DNA of 64,000 nt, from positions 31,714-95,713 of IMG/VR virus record IMGVR_UViG_3300049617_000088; one strand, given 5' to 3'. The notes below the pieces were generated by a model that ran no database searches, had not been told where the DNA came from, and saw only the letters and a program-made list of their open reading frames with translations. Shown here in pieces: positions 42,943 to 54,896 of the stretch. The translations under genes were made by a program, and so were the position numbers. How positions within the stretch are numbered: position 1 is the stretch's first letter; each line of letters begins with the position of its first letter. Origin of the DNA: a virus.

Positions 42943-43404
42943 TTAACACATGAGAGATGAAGTGCGCCAACCAGCATTCTCCATTGCAGAGTAAAGTGGT
43001 CCAAGATCACTATCAAAATCATATCCAGTAATTGATTTATTATGTTGAGCAGCTAGATCAATTGCTTCTTGAAAAACAGTGCCGGCTTCTTTTAGCTTAG
43101 CTGCAATCTTATGTTTAACAACTTGAAACTCTGCTTCAAGTCGAGCCTCCTCGGCTTCCTTGGCTGCCTTCTTTTCGGCTGCTTTCTTCTTGGCAAGAAC
43201 TTGAGCCTCTCGAAGATTCTTTTCTTCAAGAAGTCCATCAGCTTCCGACATTAGGTTGTTTTCCGTACACTTCTGAATCGTTCCACTATCAGTCTCGATA
43301 ATGTAATAGATATTATTAATCGTCACCCCTTGAACAGTTCCTTTAACCAGAGGAACACTTTTACCTTTCAAAGCTACACGATCACCAGTTGCAAAATTAG
43401 TCAT
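42943..43404 (-). CDS. W-x-S-S-x-x-C family paralogue
   Basis: FATGDRV N-terminus; ends AMENAGWRTSSLMC. Confidence 0.7.
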   Translation of the reverse strand: MTNFATGDRVALKGKSVPLVKGTVQGVTINNIYYIIETDSGTIQKCTENNLMSEADGLLEEKNLREAQVLAKKKAAEKKAAKEAEEARLEAEFQVVKHKIAAKLKEAGTVFQEAIDLAAQHNKSITGYDFDSDLGPLYSAMENAGWRTSSLMC

Positions 43405-43405
43405 C

Positions 43406-44587
43406 TTATTCTCCCATATGTTCTTTACACTTGGCAAGATACCAAGCACGAGCTTTTTCACCAAGTGGTTTGGAAACCTGCTTCCAATCCAGCTTGCTAG
43501 CTTCCAACTCATCCTGAGTTTCCTTTTGGACATCTGCTGTAATCCAAGTAAGGAATTTTCCGGTCTGCTTATTATTGTAGGTAAGTGCGCCCGTCGTACA
43601 AAACAAGCATCGTAGCGAGTCTTCGTGCTTATGTTCTCCAAGGATAGCCCTGGCTCCTTGCTCCAATCGAGCCGGAGTTAGGACCATCTCCACGAAGGCA
43701 GTAATATTAGCCGCTGCTGCCACATTGACTTGTGCAGGAGCCGAAGTCTTAACCACACGATGCTTATCACCTTTGGCTTTGAAAGTTAGGTTCTTGAAAT
43801 TTTCATATCCCAAATGCTCTTTCGAGATGGGATAGAAAACCAAACCCTCTCCGGTTCCATTGATTCCAAAAACTCGTGCAATCCAAGGATCCTTAGCTTC
43901 AATCGCCATGACCCATTCATTAATCTTGTCGGTCTGCTTGGTCAAGTCTTCATCACCCAGAGTCCAATCAACCTCAACTCTAGCAGCAATACGAGTATCG
44001 CTACCATGCATCGCGGCAACATTGTGCCAGTCAATAACATAGGTATCTGGGATGCTATGCACCAGCGCTTCCAGAGCAGTTGGCTCAACAATCAAGTCAG
44101 GAGCATAAGCATAGTTCTCTCGGAAGGCAAGCTGTCCTTCCTTGTTAAAATAAGTTTCAGCTTGAACAGTCTTGGGATTCGGTTCTCCCATAGGACGAGC
44201 AGCGAAGACACAAAAAACCTTCTTGGGAATCTCGGAACAAGCAACGCCCTTCTGCACACCAGGACCAATCCATTCGCCAAAGATAATCATTCCCTTACGC
44301 TGATCCGCAGTAGGAGATTGTTCCTTGTTGGCTCGCCAATAATCCTCATTAGCCTTGACCCACTTGGCAAAGCCTTCGTTGTCTTTCTCTACCGACAATT
44401 CAACCGTACGGCTTTGAGCAGTGATAGTACCGTCAGCATGACACTGAATAGCATGGTTCTGCCCATGCAGTTTTACCTTACAAGAATAGCGTACGATGTT
44501 GTTTCCATTAAGGATTTCGGGATGAGCCGCAGCATACTTTCTAATGTTAGCGAAGCCTTCGATCTCAGTCCATGCAAAGAGTGTCAT
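43406..44587 (-). CDS. Second ATP-dependent RNA ligase (Rnl2-like)
   Basis: KVKLHGQN (motif I), QSR, DN.GFA, FGEW.GPGVQKG, GEGLV, FKAKG. Confidence 0.82.
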   Translation of the reverse strand: MTLFAWTEIEGFANIRKYAAAHPEILNGNNIVRYSCKVKLHGQNHAIQCHADGTITAQSRTVELSVEKDNEGFAKWVKANEDYWRANKEQSPTADQRKGMIIFGEWIGPGVQKGVACSEIPKKVFCVFAARPMGEPNPKTVQAETYFNKEGQLAFRENYAYAPDLIVEPTALEALVHSIPDTYVIDWHNVAAMHGSDTRIAARVEVDWTLGDEDLTKQTDKINEWVMAIEAKDPWIARVFGINGTGEGLVFYPISKEHLGYENFKNLTFKAKGDKHRVVKTSAPAQVNVAAAANITAFVEMVLTPARLEQGARAILGEHKHEDSLRCLFCTTGALTYNNKQTGKFLTWITADVQKETQDELEASKLDWKQVSKPLGEKARAWYLAKCKEHMGE

Positions 44588-44835
44588 ATTATTTTGTCCT
44601 ATTTAATATTTCTACGTCCTCTTTAGAGAGGTCATTAGTTCTTGGATCGTCACGATTATAAGGACTGTATTCAGTATCCAAATAATCTAGTCGATGGTAA
44701 AGGTCATATATCTCAGAACTAATAGAAGCTGCAAAGTCTGTTTCGATAGTGGAAACAGAATCAGATATCTCCATAGCCAAATCTAATAGCATACGAACCT
44801 GACGCAGCTTCTTATCTCTATTCTGGGTGGTCATC

Positions 44836-45132
44836 TTAGCAACGCATCGAAGAAGCAGACCAGCCTGCAACAGAAAGAGCATTCATCAGTGGGCGCATAG
44901 CATCATACATCTCGTAATGATATGTCCTGAGGGGTGCCACTTGAGTCTCATCATCAGCATCATCTTTATAAGAAATGATACCATCATCATAGTCTCGTTC
45001 AGTAGCTTCTCCCTTGAGACCAGAAGCCTTCACCAATTCATCTGCTTCAGCGAGTAGTTTTGCCGCCGACTCCATCTTCTGGCGAACTTGAGACTTCAAA
45101 TCATTAAATTCTTTATCCAACTTATCGACCAT
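44836..45132 (-). CDS. W-x-S-S-x-x-C family paralogue
   Basis: Ends ALSVAGWSASSMRC. Confidence 0.7.
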   Translation of the reverse strand: MVDKLDKEFNDLKSQVRQKMESAAKLLAEADELVKASGLKGEATERDYDDGIISYKDDADDETQVAPLRTYHYEMYDAMRPLMNALSVAGWSASSMRC

Positions 45133-45668
45133 GATATTATCCCTTTTACCAAAATACCTTTAGTTTTATTTTTCTTTCAAACTCTTCTTGAGAAGAACAA
45201 TAGATGCGTTCTCCATTATACCACCATTCCTGAAGCCCATCGTTCCAAATAATAGCGGGACCAGTTTCATTATGAAGCTGACCTTTGAGATTATGAATCT
45301 CTCTTTCGATATAAAGTTCAGTACGCGGCATTTAATCCCTATACTCCCTAAGAAACCCAGCCAGAGCAGGCATATGTTCTACCTTCATATTGAAATCATA
45401 GAACATTCTACCACTGCTGAAACAAACATTTCTACTTCCTTCATCAGCTCCTTCTAGAATCATATTAAGATCACCTATCACATAGGACTCAATATAATCG
45501 TCAGTAGTTGACGCACGATCAAGTAGTTGGCAAAATTCTTCTACTGGAAATTGAGAGATGGAAACTTCTGTTTTATGACCTGAAATCCAAAGATTACCAT
45601 CAGCCATCCAGCATTCAATGCTAGTGCCAATAGAACGAGCTTCCCCTGTTTCTAGATTGAAAAACATC

Positions 45669-46586
45669 TCAATATGCCTTTTCTGGATTGTGAGGCTTGA
45701 CTACCCCACTTGTCAACCCTGCTTGGAATTTATCGAAATACTTATAGGTTGAATACAATTTAAGAATTTCCGGTGCGTTGTCATAGGCAAACTCTCGGAA
45801 CCAGCCCGAAGTAATGCTAGAACAAACTTTAGAGTATGCCAAGCACCATGCCTGGTCAATCGTCAATACACCAGGGTGAGGTACCAATGACCTCTCCACT
45901 GCTAGAACCGCTGCCTCTTCCAAGACACCAGCCAAACGAATGTCCCTAGAGCAATCAAAGAACTTCTGCTTGCTCGTCTGAACCTCTGCTCCATCCTTCT
46001 GATAATAGGTATAAGCAGGATGCTCATAAATCTTTACCGACTCATGAATCGAATCATGGTCATGAACATACTGCAAACCATCATCCGAGAAGAAGTGCTT
46101 CTTATTCTGATTCAGCTTGGGATGAGCATAGGTATAAGTCTCCTTCTCGCGAAGCTTATAGAAGTCCATATACTCAGGACGAATCTTCGCCCCAGACATC
46201 TTCATCCCATGGTAATCACCCATGGTCTTCCAGAAGTGAGGACTATTCTTCAGATACTTGTGAGAAGACTTAAGAGTAAAAAGCATATCGAAAGACGGAA
46301 TCATTCCGAGGGGAGTGTCAATATGATCTTCCTTGACTAGCTTCTCAAACATCTCTAGAGAAGTTCCAGGAGTAATCATTTCAAACTCACAGATAGAAGT
46401 TCCCTCGGCAATTACCTTCTTGCCACCATCCAGTGGATAGATCTTCTTTGCTTCAATCTTGGCAGAGTTAGCATCCAGCCAAGAATCACATTCCTCCTGC
46501 GAACAAACAAAATCAAAGTCGCGTGGCGGTCTGTTTAGTATCTGGGGCGCTCGTAACGCCAATGCCCTGCTCCCAACTAGTATCAT
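45669..46586 (-). CDS. Phage nucleotidyltransferase-like protein
   Basis: VGSRAL...RDFD (Pol-beta GS..DxD), HDHDSIH, SGWFREFA. Confidence 0.6.
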   Translation of the reverse strand: MILVGSRALALRAPQILNRPPRDFDFVCSQEECDSWLDANSAKIEAKKIYPLDGGKKVIAEGTSICEFEMITPGTSLEMFEKLVKEDHIDTPLGMIPSFDMLFTLKSSHKYLKNSPHFWKTMGDYHGMKMSGAKIRPEYMDFYKLREKETYTYAHPKLNQNKKHFFSDDGLQYVHDHDSIHESVKIYEHPAYTYYQKDGAEVQTSKQKFFDCSRDIRLAGVLEEAAVLAVERSLVPHPGVLTIDQAWCLAYSKVCSSITSGWFREFAYDNAPEILKLYSTYKYFDKFQAGLTSGVVKPHNPEKAY

Positions 46587-47214
46587 TTAGCTTATCCTTT
46601 AAGTGTAGGTTATAAATCTTTTCTATCCAGAAAAAGAAATCTTTTATAGAGCAATCCATTTTGCCGGTATTGCATCTAAAACAACAGGCGACTACGTTTA
46701 ATTTTGTGTGGCGTAACGAAGAATCAATTCTATCTAAACCATTGTATGTAAAGTATCCATCTTTAATACCTCTCGCGGAAGGATGATCTTTTTCATACTT
46801 TCCAACATAAGTATTATATACATTACATGGTTTAGCTCCACAATAGAAACAATCTTTTTGAGATAGATCTAAAAAATCTTCAAAAGATAAATCTCCATCT
46901 TCGTATCTATTACGATAGACTCTACGAGCCGACGCAATTCTCGGCTCTCTTTTGAACATTTTAGCCTGAGCTTTTTGCAAATTCAAAAGAATAATATCCT
47001 GATTAAGACAGCCGCAACTTTGGGTATGTCCTAATTTAATTGGGGATAATCTTGTCAGAAATTCTTTTGAACAATCACATAAACATTTAACTAAAATTTT
47101 ACCATCTTTAGATCTTTGATCTGTTACTTCTTTGATTATCAATCTACCAAATCTTTGGTTGATAAATTTTGATGCTCTTAAAATAGCTCTTGTTGCTTTT
47201 TTTGGATATCTCAT
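46513..47214 (-). CDS. Free-standing HNH-type endonuclease
   Basis: RFGRL, CLCDC, SCGC, CFYCG, NGLDRIDSS..H...NVVACC..CN. Confidence 0.85.
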   Translation of the reverse strand: MRYPKKATRAILRASKFINQRFGRLIIKEVTDQRSKDGKILVKCLCDCSKEFLTRLSPIKLGHTQSCGCLNQDIILLNLQKAQAKMFKREPRIASARRVYRNRYEDGDLSFEDFLDLSQKDCFYCGAKPCNVYNTYVGKYEKDHPSARGIKDGYFTYNGLDRIDSSLRHTKLNVVACCFRCNTGKMDCSIKDFFFWIEKIYNLHLKDKLNDTSWEQGIGVTSAPDTKQTATRL

Positions 47215-48029
47215 TGCTGCATACCTTTCATAGGCATATCAGCTTATGTATAGATTAATCTAAAGCACGAGAGCCAACAAGAATCATTCTACAATCTCCA
47301 GTATATCAACGTTAAAGTAAGTGTCTGTTCGAGCCGAACGGGCACAGTAAGGAACTACTTCTAGTAGTTCAGTAGGAGGAAGATAATTATCATCCTTCCA
47401 TTTAGCTTCGGCATCAGTTTTCTTGATGTACCATTCGGTCTGAATCTTACTAGCCGCATCATATTTCTGTTGCCAGTCAGCTAAAACTTTTCTATGTTCA
47501 GCGTCCAGCTTACGAAGCATGTTCTTATTTTCTGGCAATATATTTTTATAACCGCACACCGCAATGTAATGGGCGTGTTCTTTAGTCGGTTTTGGACGAT
47601 CCGTATTGTGATAGAACTGATATGGTTCTGGATTAGCTTCTACCCAAGGAATAGTAAACTCAGGATCAACTCTCCTCGCAAACTCTTCATTGTAAATACA
47701 AAGCTTTTCCAGCTTGCTGACTAGTTCCTTAGCACGCTCCTCGGTCCTAACGGCACAGACATTCCAATCACTACGATCAGAGTATTCTCCCTGAGTACCA
47801 GTCACAACGTAGATTTTCATGATGCCTTATTCTCTTCCTCATAGGCTACCAGGGCAGCCATACCAGCTTCAGTCTTAGGTTGATTGCAACAAGCCATGGC
47901 ATGTCGAATGCCGGGGAAAACGTGGCACTTGCAAGTACTCGGAACTTCCATGTAATTCTCCGTAGAGACTCTTACAAGTTTCACACCACGTTTATTAGTA
48001 TTCATTTGCAATACCCCGCACTTATCCAT

Positions 48030-48173
48030 TTACATAGAACAACCAGAATCGTTCCACGAATCAACCTCATAGTCAGAACTGGTATAGCAACCTGAGTTAT
48101 CCCAATAGGTCAGAGGATCAGTTTGATTGTGATCAATCACTCCCAAACGATCACGAACCATATTGGCTACCAT
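48030..48173 (-). CDS. Short ORF with duplicated W-x-x-S-G-C motif; below the ORF-track cutoff
   Basis: ...YWDNSGCYTSSDYEVDSWNDSGCSM. Confidence 0.45.
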   Translation of the reverse strand: MVANMVRDRLGVIDHNQTDPLTYWDNSGCYTSSDYEVDSWNDSGCSM

Positions 48174-48339
48174 CCTGGCATCAGAGTCGCTCAGTTGATT
48201 AAGCTCCACAGCATGGAGAAGAAGACCAATGCCCCTATCCCTGCTATAAAATACTGTTCAGTGAAAGCTCCTAGCACCATACATAGGAAGCCCCCGGCTA
48301 ATCCAACATACAAAGCATACTTTCTAATTGGAGACATTT

Positions 48340-48576
48340 TTACCAACACTGCTGAGAAGATGACCAAGAGTCTTCGTACTCAGGAATAACTCCGATGTCA
48401 TCCAATAGATTACGAAGTTCAACTGAGAGCGAAGGATCAATGCTATTGATTGTATCACCAGTACGAGAGGCAAGCTTGGAAGACTCAAGAATCAATTCCA
48501 TTGCCTTCTGTACATTCTCATGAATCTGCGTCCTGGTCTTCTCAAAATCCTCTTCCAACTTCTTATCCTCGTTCAT
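48340..48576 (-). CDS. W-x-S-S-x-x-C family paralogue
   Basis: LEEDFEK...; ends DSWSSSQQCW. Confidence 0.65.
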   Translation of the reverse strand: MNEDKKLEEDFEKTRTQIHENVQKAMELILESSKLASRTGDTINSIDPSLSVELRNLLDDIGVIPEYEDSWSSSQQCW

Positions 48577-48781
48577 ATTTTTCTCCTAAAATTAGATTGG
48601 GTAAACAAACAAACGAACGCCTCGACTATGAAGCCATGCCAAGGCGAGTTGATAATGAGACTCATCATGGATGCTAACCCAATCACTATTACATTGAGCG
48701 AAACAAAGGTTAGTAGAAACTCCCCACCTAATGAAGTCCCGCATATGCTGCTCATACACCAATAGCATTGGACGTTTCATT

Positions 48782-49168
48782 TTAACAACCCAGAGAAGAA
48801 GTAGACCAACCCGCCCGCTTAATCTGCTGGAAGATAGGATACAATGTAACGCCCGTCTCCCCTTCGTTGTCCCATTCCAAATCACGAATGGACTTACCCC
48901 GAGTCTTTGCCATTTCATTTGCCTCATTCAACAGGGCAGAAGCGGCATAAATCTTTTCCATCAGCTTAGCTTGGAAAATCTCAAAATCATTATCAAGAGA
49001 AACCAGCTTCAAATCATTGACGTTCTCCTTGGAAAGAACCCCATTGTCCCACTCAATGGCGACAACCTCATCACCATCAGAAACCTTATTACCAATCACG
49101 GTTCCCTTATAGTCATGGTCGTCATACATTCTAACCACCGCCCCAACTTCCATCTCATTCGCCTTCAT
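48782..49168 (-). CDS. W-x-S-S-x-x-C family paralogue
   Basis: Ends IKRAGWSTSSLGC. Confidence 0.7.
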   Translation of the reverse strand: MKANEMEVGAVVRMYDDHDYKGTVIGNKVSDGDEVVAIEWDNGVLSKENVNDLKLVSLDNDFEIFQAKLMEKIYAASALLNEANEMAKTRGKSIRDLEWDNEGETGVTLYPIFQQIKRAGWSTSSLGC

Positions 49169-49647
49169 TCTTCTTTGCCTTTCTTGGACGAAGAAAACTC
49201 TTCGCGTGGTTTTTCCCCTGCTTAGGATTCTTTCTTGAATCCTTTTGAGCTTCCCTAAGAGCAGGTGGAATCTCTTTGATTGCTTCTGTCAGAGCTTTGG
49301 CTGCGTCGAAAGCTACACAATAAACAGTTGCATAACTATCTTCATCGGGCATATCGACCATGAAAGATTTCAGTGCCCTCTTGGCTTGCTTCATCTTCTC
49401 GACTACATATTTGCTCATGCGAAGATATCCTGGTTCTGCTCACCAACAATCGGATTCCATTGGTCTACAATTTCGTCGTTCTCAATGAACAAGACATCGG
49501 CGGTAGGAAAAGGATAATCTTCATTGGCTTCCAACGCATCCAGAAATGCACCATGATCGGCATCCTTAACATTAAGGACATACATGGTGAATGGCGTGGC
49601 ATTTCTACAATAGTAAACGGCAATCATTTCAATGACCTAGCAGGAGG

Positions 49648-50103
49648 TTATGCTTCGTTGGTAGCAACCTCAAGCTCAGGTTGCATATCCGGGTTTAGTT
49701 TCTCGACAGTAAGCCTATTCATTTCCGCATGCAATTCATCAGCCACATGCCCAAGCACAGACTCGTCAATCCAGCGGTCTTTGGTTACCTCAACCAAATC
49801 CATGGAAGGATCAATTACCTCATAGGCAATCAGGTTAAGTGCGGGCTCACGCAGCAACGCATTGTTGAATGCGTAGACAATGGTGAGTGAGTGTGTAGTC
49901 ACGACTGTAAGAACTTCAGGAGTCTTTAGCTCACTCTTGACCATACGCTCAACAAATCGAATCTGATCCTCTGGGTGAGCATTGTGTTCGGGATGCTCCC
50001 AATAGGCTTTCTTACTGTCACGGTTCTGAGAGTAATGTTTAAAGACAGCCCCACCTAGAAGCTGCTTATTCTTTCCATGTCGTTGCATTAGAAGATGAAT
50101 CAT
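49648..50103 (-). CDS. Protein resembling the C-terminal half of an ABC/AAA_15 ATPase
   Basis: EHPEHNAHPEDQ and VVTTHS resemble the Walker-B/D-loop and H-loop; no Walker A. Confidence 0.5.
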   Translation of the reverse strand: MIHLLMQRHGKNKQLLGGAVFKHYSQNRDSKKAYWEHPEHNAHPEDQIRFVERMVKSELKTPEVLTVVTTHSLTIVYAFNNALLREPALNLIAYEVIDPSMDLVEVTKDRWIDESVLGHVADELHAEMNRLTVEKLNPDMQPELEVATNEA

Positions 50104-51546
50104 TGATATCTCTCTTACAGGTAAGTGGGCTCGTGTGGTTTTGGACAAACCTTTGGAACGACAACCGTTGGATGCTGCGGAAACATATAGTAAGCATCGC
50201 GATGGTGCATGGCAACCCCTCCGATAATGATTCCGAGCATCAAACAGAATATGTACCTCATGCTGCCTTTTTAGATTCCATCCAGTCCCGAAGGTAATCC
50301 AATCGAATCTCCCACTCATGTCGGATTCGATCCAAACTCCAGGCATTGGAAGTCTTCTCCCGAAGATCATTGCTCCAATGTTTGATATCTTTAGGAGACT
50401 TGAATCGTCCAAAATGAAGGCGAGCCCTAGACTCCTCATCCCAATAAGGATTGTTGGTGATATTGTACATCGTAGATTTAGGATGATTATCCTTAGGTTG
50501 CATGTGCAATTCAATTGCACGAACTCTAATTTTTCGTGCCATTGCTGCAAAGAAGCCTCCAGGCGATTGCCAACCCTTTTGATGAATCTCTGGAGTTTTC
50601 ATTCCCCAATCTTTCTTGGTCAATCGAGAGAAGTTATTCATCTCTACGATATGGGAAATTTGATGCGTACCACGAGGAAAATCTACCGGGAACATAATTT
50701 GTTTCTTGGTAGGAATATAGCCAACCTTTTCTTCTACATCTTCATAGAAGGAGTAATCCTTAATCCGAGGATCCATTTCCATCAAAGAAAGGATAAATCC
50801 CTCAACCCCTGCCTCACAAGGAGAAACGGGTTTCACGTGAGTCGGACCAGATTTCTTAACCATCATGACTAGGCGATTCCGAAAGGATTGGTTGCCGTGA
50901 TACATGCTACATCAATAGCATTTTCTGCATTGAGACGATCACCAATCAACCAGTAATATATGCCGATAACGAACAGCGCTGTAACTTGCTCTTGTTTAGA
51001 AAGGACAGTCATTTGATTTTCTTTAACAGTTCAGGGTAAAGTGCGTTGAAACGTTCAGATTCTTTTTGTTGTTCAGTTTGAGCATGACTAACCGAAGTAG
51101 CTCGCAAAACTCGCAGAGCTTCTAGCAAGGCTTCTTTACCAAGAACGATTGTTATTAATTCCGATTCTCGTTCTAAAATAGTTTTCTTGAGAGAAGATAC
51201 CTTACGGCGAGCCTGCGCCTCATCAGCTTCGGCTTCTTTAATTCTGTCCAGCAATTCCTGTTCCCGAGGAAGCATGAGATAATTCTTTCATGGGAAGTAT
51301 ATCCCATTTGATGGTGGTAGAACGTAATCAACTGTCACCCCTTCTTCGTCAGTTAAGGGGCAGAGAATCTGATGTGTTCCCATATCGCAACCCCAATCTG
51401 AATCAGGCTCCCATGATAGTCCGTCTTCGGCATCATAGACTTCCTCTAATCGAGAATCCAATTCCTCGAAAGAAGGCGCTTCAACTACTACTGTTTTAAC
51501 TTCTCTAACCAGCCTAGCCAATTCAACTTTGAACTTCATATCCTGC

Positions 51547-51577
51547 ACCTATGGTGACGAACCATTTTACGATGGGT
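51547..51577 (-). promoter_or_regulatory. Bipartite motif copy 4 (one mismatch; N9-CATAGGT)
   Basis: ACCCATCGTAAAATG; ATG 7 nt after the box. Confidence 0.7.
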
Positions 51578-52450
51578 CAAGCGGCACGGCAAGAACCGTG
51601 CCAGCTTCATTCTTCTGTTTCTTCCTTAACCGGAGTGATCAATACGTAAACGAAAACATATACCATGACACTTAGTATCAGGCTACCAGGAGCCACCAGC
51701 TCTTTTCCTGCCAAGGCAAGCCAAAGATGGATTGCCATTTGGATCACAAAAGAGATGATTAGCGCATGGAGGATTCGTTTCATATTGACCGGCTTAATTG
51801 GTTCCGGCAAAGAGACGCTCCACATGAGCCGTGCGCTCTTCAGGAGTCAGACCATCCCAAACTTTGACACCAGAATCGGTGGCATTGATCTCTCGCACAA
51901 TCTCCGTGCCATAAGAGAACCATTCCTCCTCCGCCTCTCGGTCCCAATTCTTGTATTCTACCTGCCTGGTGGCTACAACAATCTTGTTCAGCTTCTCGCC
52001 CAGCTTACTCATACGACCCGTGACTTGGCAACGATACATTTGATTATCCTTTAGTTATTGAGCCTTAGCTCGATTAGATTTGACCTTTATCATCAACAGC
52101 TTCGATGTGAATGACAACATCCCCATCTTTATTATGATCCGCAAACTCATCAATCTTATCCCAAGTGACCTGATAACTTTTAATCTGTAAACGTAAATGA
52201 CGAATATAGATTAAAAAAATTATATTACTAATAATCAGTAAACCAATCATGTAATATATCATTTGGAACTTGGCATCCAGAATCTCATTCCAATGATTGC
52301 ACAAACGGCACAAATCAAAAGAACTTTAAACTCTATATAATAACCTTCGGTATGCACCGCTTGCTGGATGGTATACAAGCAAGCCATTGTCACTACTAAT
52401 CGAATGGCAAACCATCCAGCTTTTTGGATCATCCAGGCTATCATTGCTTC

Positions 52451-53119
52451 CTACTTCTGCAATTGAAAAATGGAAGGACTAACCACCGAACCCAGCTCAA
52501 CATACTGGATGTCATAGAGAGGAGCATTGAAAGCCTCGCACTCGAAAGTTCCACTAGGATTAGTTTGCATATTCCAAACTAGTCCCATATCGGTAGGGCT
52601 CCAAATATTCCCCAGATTGTAGATCACCAGTAACATTCCTGTCTGACCAGAATCGGGCTGAGCTTCTGACATGATTCCCATATACCTTGGAAGGGGACCA
52701 TCAGGAAGAAAAACCAGTGGCTGAAGGCAAGAGTCATCAGTATACATTGGTGACTCTTGCCAATCATTCGGAAGACAGCGAGTCTGATCATCCGTGCCAG
52801 TATCCCAATTGCAAGTGATACCTAGCTTGTTATCCAGATAACTATCCAGATAAGTATTGCCGGTAGAATCAGTACAATACTTGGCTGCCAAACGAGGGTA
52901 CTCGGTTGCCTCCAACTTAGAAGTAACGCACGGAAGATATGGTGCCTCAACATCAGCAAGAGCCACGGAGGCAACATCTGGGCTTGTATCTGGAGTGCTA
53001 GCGTCGAGATGCGAAGGAGTGTATGGAGTGCCACCGTTATCGGTAAACTCTGACACTGGTGTTCCCGCACTGGTACAACCAATGCAAGCTAGCAATCCAA
53101 CAATGATGATGCGTTCCAT
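52451..53119 (-). CDS. Cys-rich putative lipoprotein
   Basis: Lipobox-like IGC; D.KLG..C...D...RCLP...YTD..C. Confidence 0.6.
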   Translation of the reverse strand: MERIIIVGLLACIGCTSAGTPVSEFTDNGGTPYTPSHLDASTPDTSPDVASVALADVEAPYLPCVTSKLEATEYPRLAAKYCTDSTGNTYLDSYLDNKLGITCNWDTGTDDQTRCLPNDWQESPMYTDDSCLQPLVFLPDGPLPRYMGIMSEAQPDSGQTGMLLVIYNLGNIWSPTDMGLVWNMQTNPSGTFECEAFNAPLYDIQYVELGSVVSPSIFQLQK

Positions 53120-53907
53120 TTTATTCCTCTTCGGGAGTCGGCTTGCGACGACTGCGCTTCTCGACGTGAAGATCCTTCTCTTCCTTCAGGTGACCTTGAA
53201 ACTTGGTGATAGAGTGAACCTCGTCAAGAATGTAGTCATCCTTGTCGAAAGCAACCACAACCTCGTTCTCCGCATTCTGAACATGGGCAATCACTTCGCC
53301 CAACTGTCCAGCCAATTCCTTCGCATACTTCTTACCGCAGTAAGAAACCTTGTCACCGTTGTAAAACTTGAGATTCTGAGCCATGATATTTATTCCTTAG
53401 TTGGGTGTATGTTTTTAACCAACGTATAATGAACCGCAGTTCCCGGTTGGAAAAACATACAAATTTTATTTTTTCTTATCAGAAGAAGGTTCGTCTTCCT
53501 GTTCCCAGGAAGCAAACCTATATTTCAGTTCCTCGATTCCCCATTCCACCAACTTAGTAGTGATCTGGGTAATCGCAACTGTAATGAGGGCTGTTGCTGC
53601 TACCTTCCCGAGAGAAGGTTGATTGGGATCCTTTGCTTCAATCATCATCGTTGTCTCCCTGATCCAGCCAAGTACAGGGATCATTCTTCATTGAACGAAT
53701 CTGACAACAATTCAGGTTAGACAGTTCGACCACTTCAGGCTGAATGAAGTCTTCATATCTAAACTTGCGGTCAAACCAATCCTTCGCTTTCTTGGCGGAA
53801 GAAAAGATCTTGGGTCGAACGAACTCAACTTCCTCCGAGTTTGGCTGCGTATGATACACTACAGCATAAACAGCCAAACGAATGTAAACATTGGAGAGAC
53901 GCATTTT

Positions 53908-54228
53908 TTACTTCTGCGCCTTCTTCTTACGACGCTCCGTATGAGTCGCCACTGCTGCCTCACGAGCCGCCTTGATGTTGGCATCGGTTCGCGCCTGATT
54001 GAGCGAACCCTTCTTGTGGGCAAACCAATCCTTGGCAGCCTGATCACCAGACTTGGCAAGCGTACGAGCGAAAACCTTAAGGCTAACGTGAGAAGTGCTA
54101 GCCTTCCACTTCTGCTTGATAGTCAGTCCAGCCGTAGCTGTACCAACCTCTCCCCTCTCACCACGAACGGGCTCCGAATTGGGAAGCTCAACCACCACTG
54201 CAACCGACGTACTCTCTTGATTATCCAT
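53908..54228 (-). CDS. Basic hypothetical protein
   Basis: Lys/Arg/Ala-rich. Confidence 0.55.
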   Translation of the reverse strand: MDNQESTSVAVVVELPNSEPVRGERGEVGTATAGLTIKQKWKASTSHVSLKVFARTLAKSGDQAAKDWFAHKKGSLNQARTDANIKAAREAAVATHTERRKKKAQK

Positions 54229-54865
54229 TGTCCTGCTCCTATGCACTCGCGTTATGCGATTCAGGTTTAATTGTTTAATTGTTAATAACTGCTTCTCAGT
54301 CAACTATTACTATCTCTTCCACCATATTATTTGACCTTAAATTTCTCTTGGAGACGAAGGAACTCTGCATATTCTGGATCAGATTCAACCTTAGCCTTGG
54401 TTGAGTAGTCCTTCCATTCAGAAGGCATAACATGAGCCAAACCATATCGAAAAAACTTTACCTGTTCTTCTAATTTTGTTGCTCCGTTATCGTCCCATTT
54501 ACCATCATAGCCAGCAGATCGTTTGCGTTCACTGGCGTCATCCAGAATCAAATTGATTACTTTATCAAAATCCATGTTCGATAACGTAAGGCACTTCGGT
54601 GGGCTTGTCAAGGGGACGGGCTTTTTATCTTCACCAACTTCACGAATCTCCCAAGGAATTGGGAACATCGACTCCAACAAACTTGCACCAGGAGCCAGAT
54701 GTTCTAGAACCTTTTTTAGCTTCTTCCAAAGAAAGAAGCCAGGGATCGCTCATGGGTTGATTATAATTAGTCCAACACTTTCTTTCCTTGTGCCAAACAT
54801 TGTAGTGAACCATGTTATTTCCTTAATGAAAACGCTGAGAGACACCGAACCCAATGACTTCCTAC

Positions 54866-54896
54866 ACCTATGGTATCACACCGTTTTACGATGGGT
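54866..54896 (-). promoter_or_regulatory. Bipartite motif copy 5 (N9-CATAGGT)
   Basis: Exact 15-mer match, intergenic. Confidence 0.75.

Noticed and set aside
49742-49752. GGGCATGTGGC as the missing 5' half of the orphan tRNA (split tRNA)
   Set aside because: It lies within a coding frame (LGHVA) and is not followed by a D-arm or anticodon arm.
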